Part shown: in pieces, positions 1-8,178 of the stretch | Layout of the letters: each line of letters opens with the position of its first letter | How positions within the stretch are numbered: the first letter of the stretch is position 1 | DNA from: a virus | Lineage: Duplodnaviria; Heunggongvirae; Uroviricota; Caudoviricetes | DNA: 47,560 bases | Reading direction: 5' to 3' (one strand) | IMG/VR virus record: IMGVR_UViG_2630968533_000001 | Notes under the pieces: generated by a model | Database searches by the model: none | What the model was told of the DNA's origin: nothing | Seen by the model: the letters and a program-made list of their open reading frames with translations, nothing else | Position numbers and translations under genes: made by a program

Positions 1-6
1 TGATAA

Positions 7-31
7 GCCCCTGTTGCAAAGGGGCTTTTTT
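7..31 (+). terminator. Rho-independent terminator (GCCCCT stem / AGGGGC, then T-run)
   Basis: Hairpin gcccct-gttgcaa-aggggc followed by TTTTTT at the window start; implies a + strand gene ending just upstream of the window. Confidence 0.5.
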
Positions 32-40
32 GTGCTCATA

Positions 41-153
41 GAATTATATAATTATATATTTATATAAAAAGTGCTTTACAGGTGGGAAAAAATTTCCTAT
101 GGTTATGCCCGAAACCGAGCGATACCCGCCCTGGTTAAACCGGAGATAACCCG
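41..153 (+). promoter_or_regulatory. Conserved promoter-leader cassette, copy 1 (AT-rich palindrome, -35 TTTACA 75-80, 17-bp spacer, -10 TATGGT 98-103, conserved leader, GGAG SD)
   Basis: Near-identical to 9344-9461 and 16303-16415; sigma70-like hexamers with 17-bp spacing read directly; ends at ATG 154. Confidence 0.55.
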
Positions 154-534
154 ATGAGCATGATTAAAATCCGCAAAAACGCTTTCCTTAAAATTCAAAC
201 TATCCTGGCTGGTTCTGTTGGCGTGATTTGCCGTTCTTCTTCAAGCCGCATCGATGACGGCTACGATGATGAGTATCGTTTGTCCTCGTGCGATGAGGCT
301 TTAACCTGGCTGAAGGAGAATCAGGAACGTGCCCAGGTATATCTGGAAACAGAGAACGGCAATCAGATGCTCCGTATTAGCGGTCGTTATGGATTTGAAA
401 CCACATTCATGGCCTATTTTAATCAGGCTTACTTTGACAAGGAGTTGGCCTGGTACACTGATCGCATGAGCAAAAGCGAGCCAGCCCCGATTACACCGCC
501 GAACGATAAACCATTTTTATTCCTCGTTAAGTAA
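154..534 (+). CDS. Hypothetical protein (126 aa) expressed from cassette copy 1
   Basis: ORF track; ATG directly after the conserved leader and SD; no domain recognised. Confidence 0.6.
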   Translation: MSMIKIRKNAFLKIQTILAGSVGVICRSSSSRIDDGYDDEYRLSSCDEALTWLKENQERAQVYLETENGNQMLRISGRYGFETTFMAYFNQAYFDKELAWYTDRMSKSEPAPITPPNDKPFLFLVK

Positions 535-637
535 ACACAATGCGCAAAGTGTCAAAATGACACTTTGCGAGTGTTAATATAGGGGGCGTTTGAAGATAGA
601 TAACTTATTGTGGGGCAAGCCGATAACTTACATTGGG

Positions 638-1063
638 TTAGCTTGAATAGGTAGTTGGTATTTTGAGCATATGGCCAATCTCTTCGAGATGCTTAGATGG
701 ATTCTCCCCAGTCTTACCTTCATGTATTGACGCTATATAGTTCAAATTTTGAGCTGCCCCAAGAATCTCGGTGGCTGATGGAACAAGACGAAAGCCGATA
801 TGTAACTTTTTGATATAGAAAGGTAAAGTGGAATATTTCGCCATTAACTGTGCTGCGGAATCTTTTAGATCATGAATGATTTCTGGCTTTAAGTTCGAGC
901 CAGGATTCACTATTTTTGCTTGGTTACACAATAACAGATTGGATATTTTCCCTAGCTGTTCCCTGAATGAAATGTAAGGCTCAATAGCTCCTTTGACGAT
1001 GAGTTGGCCTAGAACAAAAACACTTACACCAGTGACCACGGTGACAAAAGCAGATGAACTCAT
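638..1063 (-). CDS. Hypothetical membrane-anchored protein (141 aa, N-terminal TM helix)
   Basis: ORF track; hydrophobic N-terminus SSSAFVTVVTGVSVFVLGQLIV; divergent from the HTH gene at 1165. Confidence 0.5.
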   Translation of the reverse strand: MSSSAFVTVVTGVSVFVLGQLIVKGAIEPYISFREQLGKISNLLLCNQAKIVNPGSNLKPEIIHDLKDSAAQLMAKYSTLPFYIKKLHIGFRLVPSATEILGAAQNLNYIASIHEGKTGENPSKHLEEIGHMLKIPTTYSS

Positions 1064-1164
1064 TTTTTACCTAAAGCCTAAAGATTGGATTGTTAATACA
1101 TCTTATTTTGTCGTGAGTGGCTATGTCTAATTTATTGAATATCTAGGGAAAGGTAGAGGATGTA

Positions 1165-1425
1165 ATGACGGGTTACGAATTGAAATTATGGCGTCGTGGG
1201 ATGAACTGGACGCAGGAGCGAGCCGCCGAAGAGTTTGGGATATCGTTGGCTACATATAAGCGATATGAGAAGGGTGAGCCGCCGAGGGTCATTGAGATGG
1301 CCATTCGCGTTCTGTCGTTTGACGATATGGTTAAGGATCTTTCACACCTTGATAAAGATGTGATTCTGTTAAGGCTGCAAACCCTTGTATGGGAAAAGGT
1401 TAAAGTGTCGTCAGAATTGGAATAA
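1165..1425 (+). CDS. Small HTH (XRE-like) DNA-binding protein
   Basis: ORF track; N-terminal LWRRGMNWTQERAAEEFGISLATYKRYEKG resembles a Cro/C1-type helix-turn-helix. Confidence 0.55.
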   Translation: MTGYELKLWRRGMNWTQERAAEEFGISLATYKRYEKGEPPRVIEMAIRVLSFDDMVKDLSHLDKDVILLRLQTLVWEKVKVSSELE

Positions 1426-1486
1426 GGGATCAAATGATCCTTTACGGATCGTTTTATGGTGGTGTAATGTAAGCGCCAGAAAGACA

Positions 1487-1510
1487 AAAACCGCCTTGCC
1501 GGGCGGTTTT
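1487..1510. terminator. Bidirectional intrinsic terminator-like hairpin (AAAACCGCC...GGCGGTTTT)
   Basis: Perfect stem ccgcc/ggcgg flanked by an A-run and a T-run. Confidence 0.5.
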
Positions 1511-2023
1511 CAGTCTGAAATTTAAATCTTGCTTGGTAGGCTGGATTTAAAAAGACACCTCTTGATTGGGGCGGCTTTCTTGCGTCTAAAGATAATCAAA
1601 TCTTTTTGCGCCTGCAACCCCTTTTTTACTGGTGCCCATTTCAGACTCACGCTCGCGTCGTTGTCTTTGCCACTTCGTTGGGTTCGGTGTTTTTGGGCGA
1701 AGTGGCGCGCGGGTATGCGTACAAGGGGAAAGTGTGCTGACGCAAGCCAGGAACAGCGATCTAAACTAAGTCGAGTCTGAGAAAGGCAGGAGTGCGACAA
1801 CTCGCCTGTGCTCTATGAGCAGAAGAAGGTATATCAGACGACCAATGGCATGATTGTGGGCCACAGGGCGCACACGGCGGCGAAGCATTGGAAACGATGT
1901 GGAGCTATCTGGTGGCATGAGTTCCGGTACTCGATCTCGAGCTTTTTTTGATGCTTTTGAGAAGGGGCCGGAACTCCGGTAAAGGGCACCCTGTATGGGG
2001 GGAGGGGGGGGTGTGTCTGAAGG

Positions 2024-2236
2024 GTGGTTATCGGTTATGGTGGAATTATGATGCGTAGAAAAGCGAGTTTGCTGCAAGCTGTTGGGTCCATTATTTCTTT
2101 GTTTCCGGCAGTTGATCATTTTCGTCATATGGCGACACGTTCCAGTATGGGCTTAGCGCGTGATGCTGACGCTATTCGAAAGGATTTTCAGAAAGTCTCT
2201 GGCGTTGATAAGAGAGAAAAGAGTAAGGGGCCGTAG
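2024..2236 (+). CDS. Small hypothetical ORF (alternative start ATG 2048), low confidence
   Basis: ORF track; ends just before the hairpin at 2225-2242; preceded by a G-rich tract; no homology recognised. Confidence 0.2.
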   Translation: MVIGYGGIMMRRKASLLQAVGSIISLFPAVDHFRHMATRSSMGLARDADAIRKDFQKVSGVDKREKSKGP

Positions 2237-2242
2237 CCCCTT
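2225..2242. terminator. Hairpin AAGGGGC-CGTA-GCCCCTT between convergent genes
   Basis: Perfect 7-bp stem directly downstream of the antirepressor stop (minus) and the small + ORF. Confidence 0.4.
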
Positions 2243-2246
2243 GTAG

Positions 2247-3416
2247 TTATGGTCTGCTCTTCTGTGCCAGCTTATCAGCACATGTTTTTATCAGATCCTG
2301 TAGTGTCCTGGCTGGCAGGTTTGCATCCAGTACGCTGAGTATGCTGTTGTGATCTGCTTGGTCGACTACTTTGCCTGTCGGTGGTAGTAGCTTGAGCTGA
2401 GGATTCAGGTTTTCGTCAAAGCTGATAAGTGCTCTGGCGTTTCTGAGCAGATCAAGAAGTAAGGCTGATATCACATTTTCCTGAGTCATTGCTGACAGAT
2501 TTAGCGCCGCTTTGGTTTTCCCTGTTGCCTTGTCAAACTCCTTGATTAGTTCCTTCCTGTAGTTCGGTTCCGTTAATAGCCGATTATGCTCTGTTGCCGC
2601 GCGGATAATCGTTTTTTCCTGGTACAGTCGTTTAGCCAGATCACGCTCGTACTGTGTTTTTAACACGCTGCTGATAGCGTTAAAGGCTTCAATGTAGGCC
2701 AGCTTGATATCTTTCACGCCTGGACCGTCGATACTTTCCATGAGCAAGGTAAATCCGTCTTTTGTCATGCGATAGATTGTTATTTCGCGGTCGCTTCCTT
2801 CCAGCGGTCGTTGCTCTTTAAAGAAATGACGTGCCGCAGCTGTGCGAGGAATGCGTAACGCATCGATGGCCATAACGATGGAATTGTTTGTGGTGCTGAA
2901 TGCCTGGGCAACATCGGCTGAGGTTGTGAGTGGCTCGTTGTTGCACACCTTAATGTAAAACATCGGTTTGGCGTTGAGCGTATCGACAACCTCACGAGCA
3001 TTGTTTGGCGAGACGGTTACGGTCGCGGCCGTTTGTGTGTTCTGGCTGAAATAGCAGTCTTCCAGCCGTTCGAACACATCCCAAGCCTGATCGGTTTCAA
3101 GCATTTTGGCGTGACGTGCAGCCCCGCGTTCTGTCCAGAGAATGAGGGAGCGGGCTTTCGGGGAAATTTGTAACCCTCTTAAAGATGGTTGCACATTTTG
3201 TGAGTGACTTAAAGTCACTCGCAAAGTTTTTAACTCATCGCCAGCCACTTTGAAAAAATGCTTTCCTTCAATAAAGCGGTTTGCGTTACGTGAGTAATTT
3301 TTTTTGATGTTATCAACGTCTGTGCCGTATAGCTTTGCCAGTAGTTCAGTAGTGATAACGGGGATCTGGTTATGCAGGATAGGCTGTAGGGTGTTAACGG
3401 TCGGAAGCGTTTTCAT
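2247..3416 (-). CDS. Phage antirepressor (N-terminal ORF6N-like and Rha-like domains)
   Basis: ORF track; N-terminal motif ITTELLAKLYGTDVDNIKKNYSRNANRFIEGKHFFKV typical of ORF6N antirepressors; central PLTTSADVAQAF segment Rha-like; start overlaps the stop of the upstream small ORF (ATGA). Confidence 0.65.
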   Translation of the reverse strand: MKTLPTVNTLQPILHNQIPVITTELLAKLYGTDVDNIKKNYSRNANRFIEGKHFFKVAGDELKTLRVTLSHSQNVQPSLRGLQISPKARSLILWTERGAARHAKMLETDQAWDVFERLEDCYFSQNTQTAATVTVSPNNAREVVDTLNAKPMFYIKVCNNEPLTTSADVAQAFSTTNNSIVMAIDALRIPRTAAARHFFKEQRPLEGSDREITIYRMTKDGFTLLMESIDGPGVKDIKLAYIEAFNAISSVLKTQYERDLAKRLYQEKTIIRAATEHNRLLTEPNYRKELIKEFDKATGKTKAALNLSAMTQENVISALLLDLLRNARALISFDENLNPQLKLLPPTGKVVDQADHNSILSVLDANLPARTLQDLIKTCADKLAQKSRP

Positions 3417-3604
3417 TTTGCACCTCCCATAACTACTTTGGTTACGAGGGAGATTTTTGCGTCAGAAACAGCGTTATCGTTGCTGGCGATGCGCATAGCT
3501 TCGCGCTCGATGATTTCAGCCAGGCGGAATTTATCGGCGTATGAGGCTTTCTTGAGAAGGATCTTTACGAGGTTGACGTAATAGTCATGGGGTAGGTTTG
3601 TCAT
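3413..3604 (-). CDS. Small protein (63 aa) translationally coupled to the antirepressor (icd-like position)
   Basis: ORF track; 4-nt overlap with the antirepressor start; SD-like AAGGGA upstream on the minus strand. Confidence 0.45.
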   Translation of the reverse strand: MTNLPHDYYVNLVKILLKKASYADKFRLAEIIEREAMRIASNDNAVSDAKISLVTKVVMGGAK

Positions 3605-3769
3605 TGTGATGATTCCCTTAAAGGTTAAGGATACTCACCACCGTCAGGTTCCAATCATTGGGTGGTGAGACGTGCAGGGTTGGAACTACCGGACACAATG
3701 ACGAACCGGCGAGTCTTACGACTCCCCCGCACGCCCCACCATAATTTGGGTGTAGCAGTGCTTTACGCA

Positions 3770-3869
3770 TAAAAAAACCGCTAACGCGGTATGCGCCATT
3801 GTGTCTACGGGGTTCCAATCCCGACCGTAGATTTTGCTACGGCTCGGAAAGTGTCCACCAATGGCGCAT
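3770..3869 (-). ncRNA. Candidate structured small RNA / leader element (c4-like hypothesis)
   Basis: On the minus strand an 11-bp terminal stem (3791-3801 with 3859-3869) encloses an inner hairpin ctacgg/ccgtag, followed by hairpin accgc-gtta-gcggt and a U7 run (3770-3790); loop sequence has a near-complement at about 3680-3695 in the downstream leader. Confidence 0.25.
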
Positions 3870-4360
3870 TCATGTCAATACGGCGGGATTTTAACAGAGA
3901 CAACCACATAGCGTGGGTTTATTGGTAGGCAGAAACAAAAAAACCGCCCTATTGAGGACGGTTCTTTCGTGCTGATCGGATTCGCGGTCCTTTCAGCATA
4001 ACGTCGTTGTATAAACAACCACGCAAGCACAAGCAGCAAGTTAATTTTACCCAAAAGGTAATAATAGTCCACTATTATGCTTCAAAAAATTGTGGTTCTT
4101 GTTGTGCCTGCAAACTCACAGATTGTGGGTAGGTTACTGATTTTGTGAAAATAAACGAGTTTTTTCGTTTAATTTCTTTCCTATTACTAATCTTAAAATA
4201 ATCGTAAAATACCTGTGGACCTTCCCGCCGATTCGCACCCGGGCACCGACTTTAGGGGAGGATTCTCCGTTGCCGTACATGCAAGCACAAGCAGCCGTGC
4301 TTGCTCTCGCGTTGTTTTCGTCGGTGGGGATGCCGTGAAACGGCCTGTAAGGGCCATACA

Positions 4361-4483
4361 ATGAAAAAATACTGTATGTGTATTTTTATCGTTGTTACTG
4401 GGGCTTTGTTTACGCCACATGGGGAGGGTTGGAAGATTACTGATAACGCTCTGAATGTGACGATAAACATTAGCAGCAAGTAG
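4361..4483 (+). CDS. Small hydrophobic ORF (40 aa, MKKYCMCIFIVVTGALF...), speculative
   Basis: In-frame ATG within ORF 4301-4483; hydrophobic N-terminus; followed by a strong terminator; no SD seen. Confidence 0.2.
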   Translation: MKKYCMCIFIVVTGALFTPHGEGWKITDNALNVTINISSK

Positions 4484-4487
4484 CGAT

Positions 4488-4512
4488 TAGGCCCCTTCGG
4501 GGGCCTTTTTTA
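4488..4512 (+). terminator. Rho-independent terminator (AGGCCCC-TTCG-GGGGCCT then T-run)
   Basis: Perfect GC-rich hairpin followed by TTTTTTAT. Confidence 0.55.
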
Positions 4513-4548
4513 TGGTTGAATTTAAACGCTGGAGGCCGTCACCTTCTC

Positions 4549-4797
4549 TTACTTCTGGTTGTATTGAGCCTTGAGTAACTCAAAAGATTTTGTCAGCACT
4601 TCTTTCAATGACATATCCATTGAGCTGGCGAACGTTTTGTACTCGCGTTTAAATTCAGGGTCGACGTTAAACGCCATTTGTGCCCCACCTGATTTGGTTC
4701 TGGTTGGCGTTTCAGTCGGGTCGAAAACCTGCGGTTGTTCGATCGATGGCGGTACGCCTTTGCTGTTCTTCTTTGGTGGTTTTGATGGTCCGGCCAT
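4549..4797 (-). CDS. ParG-like small ribbon-helix-helix partition/centromere-binding protein (82 aa)
   Basis: ORF track; lies directly downstream of parA in the same orientation; basic flexible N-terminus and C-terminal RHH-like segment MAFNVDPEFKREYKTFASSMDMSLKEVL; SD AGAGGGGA upstream. Confidence 0.5.
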   Translation of the reverse strand: MAGPSKPPKKNSKGVPPSIEQPQVFDPTETPTRTKSGGAQMAFNVDPEFKREYKTFASSMDMSLKEVLTKSFELLKAQYNQK

Positions 4798-4840
4798 GTG
4801 TATCCCCTCTTATATAAATCTATAAAACTATAATTATATA

Positions 4841-5509
4841 TTACGCGGCAGTAGTCAGAGCCTCAAGCTGGTTGATAATCCCCTGAATAACGTCGTCTGC
4901 CTTTTTGCGTGGCGCAACGTATGAGCATTCAATGAGGCTTAAGCCCTTATCCTGAGCTTTGCTCAGAGCTGGCTTGTGGGGAATGTACTTATCGACAACA
5001 AAGTATGGCGTATTAGCCAGGTACTCTTGGGCTTCAATGTAGTCGGCTTCGTTTTCAGCCGCGCCTGAGAACACCATGCAAATTTTCTTGATTGGCACAC
5101 CCTTTTTAACGATGCCGTGAGCTGTGTTAACGGTGGTTTCCAGGTCATCGGTAGAGAATCTGGTTGGCAAAATAACCATATCCAGAAATTCAGAGAGCTT
5201 CGGTACTGATTCAGATGCGTAGGCACCGCCATCGACGATAACCAGGTCGTATACTTCTGATTCGATGATTTTCTGGACTTGTGATGGCGTGCCGCACGGC
5301 TGCGCCGCGATTGCAGGTTCGATATTGTTGGCCATTCTGCGTTGTACCCAACGCGTTACCGTTCCGTTAAGCACATCCATATCGATCAGGCATACATTCC
5401 AGCCGGCCTTTGCATAAGCAACTGCTAAAGCACGGGCAATTGTTGATTTGGTTACGCCGCCTTTTCCGTTGAAAATACCTACAGAGATAGTCATTTGTCG
5501 AGACTCCAT
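4841..5509 (-). CDS. parA: ParA/ParF-type partition ATPase
   Basis: ORF track; deviant Walker A GKGGVTKST near the N-terminus; about 220 aa, typical of small type Ib ParA proteins. Confidence 0.85.
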   Translation of the reverse strand: MESRQMTISVGIFNGKGGVTKSTIARALAVAYAKAGWNVCLIDMDVLNGTVTRWVQRRMANNIEPAIAAQPCGTPSQVQKIIESEVYDLVIVDGGAYASESVPKLSEFLDMVILPTRFSTDDLETTVNTAHGIVKKGVPIKKICMVFSGAAENEADYIEAQEYLANTPYFVVDKYIPHKPALSKAQDKGLSLIECSYVAPRKKADDVIQGIINQLEALTTAA

Positions 5510-5511
5510 GT

Positions 5512-5620
5512 ATTTGGTTATATAATTCTATAAATCTATATTTATAGAACGAGGTAAGCATAACCAACTTTTTGGCGGATGAAAAGCGTTTTATATAATT
5601 ATATAAATCTATAATCATGT
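5512..5620. repeat. Iterated AT-rich boxes upstream of parA (putative partition operator/centromere-like site)
   Basis: Two related boxes (5518-5549, 5589-5616) containing TATATAATT(A/C)TATA and AATCTATA; perfect 14-bp palindrome TATATAATTATATA at 5592-5605. Confidence 0.4.
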
Positions 5621-5644
5621 AAGCGGGCGTTAGCCCGCTTTCAG

Positions 5645-6019
5645 TCAGAGGTCAGCTATCGTTGATATCAGTTGATTTGCTAGCTGTCGCTGTTTACGTG
5701 AGAGGGTGAGAGCAGCTTCTGAGCGGTCGCTAAGAGGGGTGTTTTCATCAAGAATCATGAGGCATACAGAAATAATAGCCCTGTTATATGCCATCAATGG
5801 CTGGCACAGCTTCGATATCGCTGGCACATCGTATTGTAAGGCCGTTTTGAGGCAGACTTTTTGTTCTGATGCCAGATGAAGGATAGATTCTATCCAGTCG
5901 ATATCTTTCTCATTATCAATGATTTGGCATAACATACACTCAATCGCTATGTTCAACGCTTGGATTTCGATTCCAGCAGTGATCAGAGTTTCGTTTTTAT
6001 TGGCTGTATGTAATTCCAT
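5645..6019 (-). CDS. Hypothetical protein (124 aa) downstream of the repressor
   Basis: ORF track; no domain recognised; operator-like palindrome sits just upstream of its start. Confidence 0.5.
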   Translation of the reverse strand: MELHTANKNETLITAGIEIQALNIAIECMLCQIIDNEKDIDWIESILHLASEQKVCLKTALQYDVPAISKLCQPLMAYNRAIISVCLMILDENTPLSDRSEAALTLSRKQRQLANQLISTIADL

Positions 6020-6052
6020 GCGTAGCCTCTTTTATACTTTTACATGTTGTCA

Positions 6053-6071
6053 AAACCACAAAATGTGGTTT
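6053..6071. promoter_or_regulatory. Operator-like palindrome AACCACA-N3-TGTGGTT
   Basis: Perfect inverted repeat read directly; same half-site family as the palindromes in the cI/cro intergenic region. Confidence 0.35.
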
Positions 6072-6111
6072 TTTTGAGCGTAGAAATGCACGGCTTTCGC
6101 CGTGCTGTGTA

Positions 6112-6768
6112 TCATAACCAGTTGACAACACTAACTACGCGGCCAAGAACTTTATAACGCTTAAATTCCTCGTTATTCAGATGCTTAGTGTTCATTTCAG
6201 CATCCCTTTCGGTTGACAGCATAACAGCATTGTCACCCGGTATGACTCTACAGTGCCTCAAAACAACCAGGCCATTTCTGTCTTCAAGGGCATAGATCCC
6301 CTCATGAATCTCTGTATCGTCTGTATTAATCAGGACTTGGGAGCCAGGGGATATTGTTGGTGACATTAACTCATCGTTGCTCTGGAGAACTGACAGAGAC
6401 GATGGGTTGATGTTCTTGCTTCGTAGAATCTCCTGTTCTATCGCCAGCACTGGCTTTTCTCCGGCGTGCGATGCTATGTCATTTTTTATAGCTACAAGCC
6501 CAGGAATAACAGGAGCGTTAGTATTCTGGGGTGGGAACGGGTTATCTGTTAAGCACGCGATATAAGGCGCTGATGCTTTCAGGGCGTGCGCGATTTTCTT
6601 GATGGCAGGTATAGATGGTTGTCTTAATCCGGCCTCATAGTTCTGCAAGGTGCTTAAGCCTATTCCAGTGACTTGCTGGAGATCTCCGGCAGTCATGCCG
6701 GATTGTTTCCGTAGAGTCTGAATGCGCAGACCTATTTCTTTCTTGATGTTCTCGTCGTTGCTTTTCAT
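6112..6768 (-). CDS. cI-like repressor (N-terminal HTH plus C-terminal S24/LexA-like peptidase domain)
   Basis: ORF track; N-terminal HTH IGLRIQTLRKQSGMTAGDLQQVTGIGLSTLQNYEAG; C-terminal autocleavage-type domain; divergent from the cro-like gene. Confidence 0.8.
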   Translation of the reverse strand: MKSNDENIKKEIGLRIQTLRKQSGMTAGDLQQVTGIGLSTLQNYEAGLRQPSIPAIKKIAHALKASAPYIACLTDNPFPPQNTNAPVIPGLVAIKNDIASHAGEKPVLAIEQEILRSKNINPSSLSVLQSNDELMSPTISPGSQVLINTDDTEIHEGIYALEDRNGLVVLRHCRVIPGDNAVMLSTERDAEMNTKHLNNEEFKRYKVLGRVVSVVNWL

Positions 6769-6941
6769 GTCTCATCAATCGTGAATGGTGGGTTATTTAT
6801 ACATTACCACATTTAGTGGTTTTCACATGGTAAGACGAGAGGTGGACCACAAATAGAAGGTTATTTTTTGTTTCGCCCATTGAAAAACTCACGATATGTG
6901 GTTTTAATACCACATATCGTGGTTTAACTGGAGTTCGTTAA
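6769..6941. promoter_or_regulatory. Divergent repressor/cro promoter-operator region
   Basis: 12-bp perfect inverted repeat CACGATATGTGG/CCACATATCGTG at 6890-6921 and ACCAC-N5-GTGGT at 6806-6820 between the divergent genes. Confidence 0.5.
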
Positions 6942-7436
6942 ATGACCTTTCAGGAGTGGGTTGACGAAAATGGAGGCCAAATTGGTGTTGCCAGAAAGTT
7001 TGGCTTTACGTCATCACTGATTGGTGCCTGGTATCGCTTCGAGAGATTCCCTCGTGCGGATAACCTGACGCTGCTGGTGGCGTATTCGGAAGGCCGGATT
7101 AACGTCCAGCAATGGGCGGCAGATTTTGCCGAACGTCAGCGCCAGCGTAGCGATGGCACATCGGTTCGGCAGAACAAGATCAAAGGGAATCTCCCTGTTA
7201 ACTGCTTATCAAGGCTGAAAGCGGTTTTCTCTGAGCTGGGGATGCCTGCGGAGCGTTGCAATCTACGCGGTCCGCGATTCATTGCTCGCTGGAAACACTC
7301 ACACGTAACCGTTTCAGAGGTTCGTGATGCGATTACCGTGCTGGAGCTTAAGAATAAAGATTCCAGCGATATCGAGCTGATTCATAAGGAGATTAGCAAC
7401 GCCCGGCGTTCAGCACTTGGGAGGCTTGAGGAATGA
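6942..7436 (+). CDS. Cro/YdaS-like HTH regulator with C-terminal extension (164 aa)
   Basis: ORF track; N-terminus FQEWVDENGGQIGVARKFGFTSSLIGAW resembles Cro/YdaS-type HTH; first gene of the rightward early operon. Confidence 0.5.
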   Translation: MTFQEWVDENGGQIGVARKFGFTSSLIGAWYRFERFPRADNLTLLVAYSEGRINVQQWAADFAERQRQRSDGTSVRQNKIKGNLPVNCLSRLKAVFSELGMPAERCNLRGPRFIARWKHSHVTVSEVRDAITVLELKNKDSSDIELIHKEISNARRSALGRLEE

Positions 7437-7948
7437 TGATTCTGGCCTTCTTTGGTGATAATCACCAGATTCAATCGCAGGTGGTGCACTACCTTGATCA
7501 AACGATTAAAGGATTTGTTATCGATCATATTGATAACGATAGCAAACGTCTATCTGTAGAGCAGAAAATTGGAGGTGTGCAGCGACTGGTTGCCAGCCGT
7601 AACAGACGTGACACCGTAACAGTCGTTACGGGGATTACGGAGGTCATGGAGTACCAGATGTTGCTGCATCGTGGAGCTGTTTTCTGCGTTCTTCCTGGTA
7701 TTCTGCCAGCAATTCTTGCTCGTGGTTTTGTCCCTATTGATGAGTCGTTCTTATATGTAACCCCAAGCCGTTCCCTTCTGGATACGGAGGCGAAGCGTCG
7801 CATTTATATGATGCCGGACGAGGCATTTTCTGAATGTTACCGCCGTGAAATGAGGTTGGTTAAACGAGAAGTGTCTGTTGTTCGTGATGGCAGGTTTTTA
7901 AGAAGCCGCACGGTGAAAAGCACCAGAAATGACGGGGGCCATCAATGA
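7433..7948 (+). CDS. Hypothetical early protein (171 aa)
   Basis: ORF track; start overlaps the upstream stop; no domain recognised. Confidence 0.45.
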   Translation: MMILAFFGDNHQIQSQVVHYLDQTIKGFVIDHIDNDSKRLSVEQKIGGVQRLVASRNRRDTVTVVTGITEVMEYQMLLHRGAVFCVLPGILPAILARGFVPIDESFLYVTPSRSLLDTEAKRRIYMMPDEAFSECYRREMRLVKREVSVVRDGRFLRSRTVKSTRNDGGHQ

Positions 7949-8178
7949 GTAGTTATGTTCGCGGTGCTGCGATGCATTGCCAGAATCCCCAATTCTGGCG
8001 CTTTCTGACCAGTAAAACAGGGAAGAACGTTTCAAACAGTTCTGAGGCCTCTGTGATTCTGCGTGAGTTTTGCGGGATCTCATCCCGTAAAGAGCTGGCA
8101 AAGAACTACGCGGCCAGAAGCATGTATGTCCAGTTAATCAACGAGTTCAACCTCTTTATCAATGGTAAGGGGCGCTGA
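7945..8178 (+). CDS. Hypothetical protein (77 aa)
   Basis: ORF track; translationally coupled within the early operon. Confidence 0.4.
   Translation: MSSYVRGAAMHCQNPQFWRFLTSKTGKNVSNSSEASVILREFCGISSRKELAKNYAARSMYVQLINEFNLFINGKGR

Noticed and set aside
1766-2128. 120-codon minus-strand ORF with a poly-proline run
   Set aside because: The poly-Pro is the translation of the G-rich homopurine tract; no start context or homology.
3618-3818. 66-codon minus-strand ORF inside the structured antirepressor leader
   Set aside because: Overlaps strong RNA secondary structure and a terminator hairpin; more likely non-coding leader or small RNA.
3791-3869. Possible tRNA or tRNA-like gene in the antirepressor leader (GGTTCCAATCC T-loop-like motif)
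   Set aside because: The T-loop-like motif is not positioned consistently with a cloverleaf on either strand; treated as a generic structured RNA instead.
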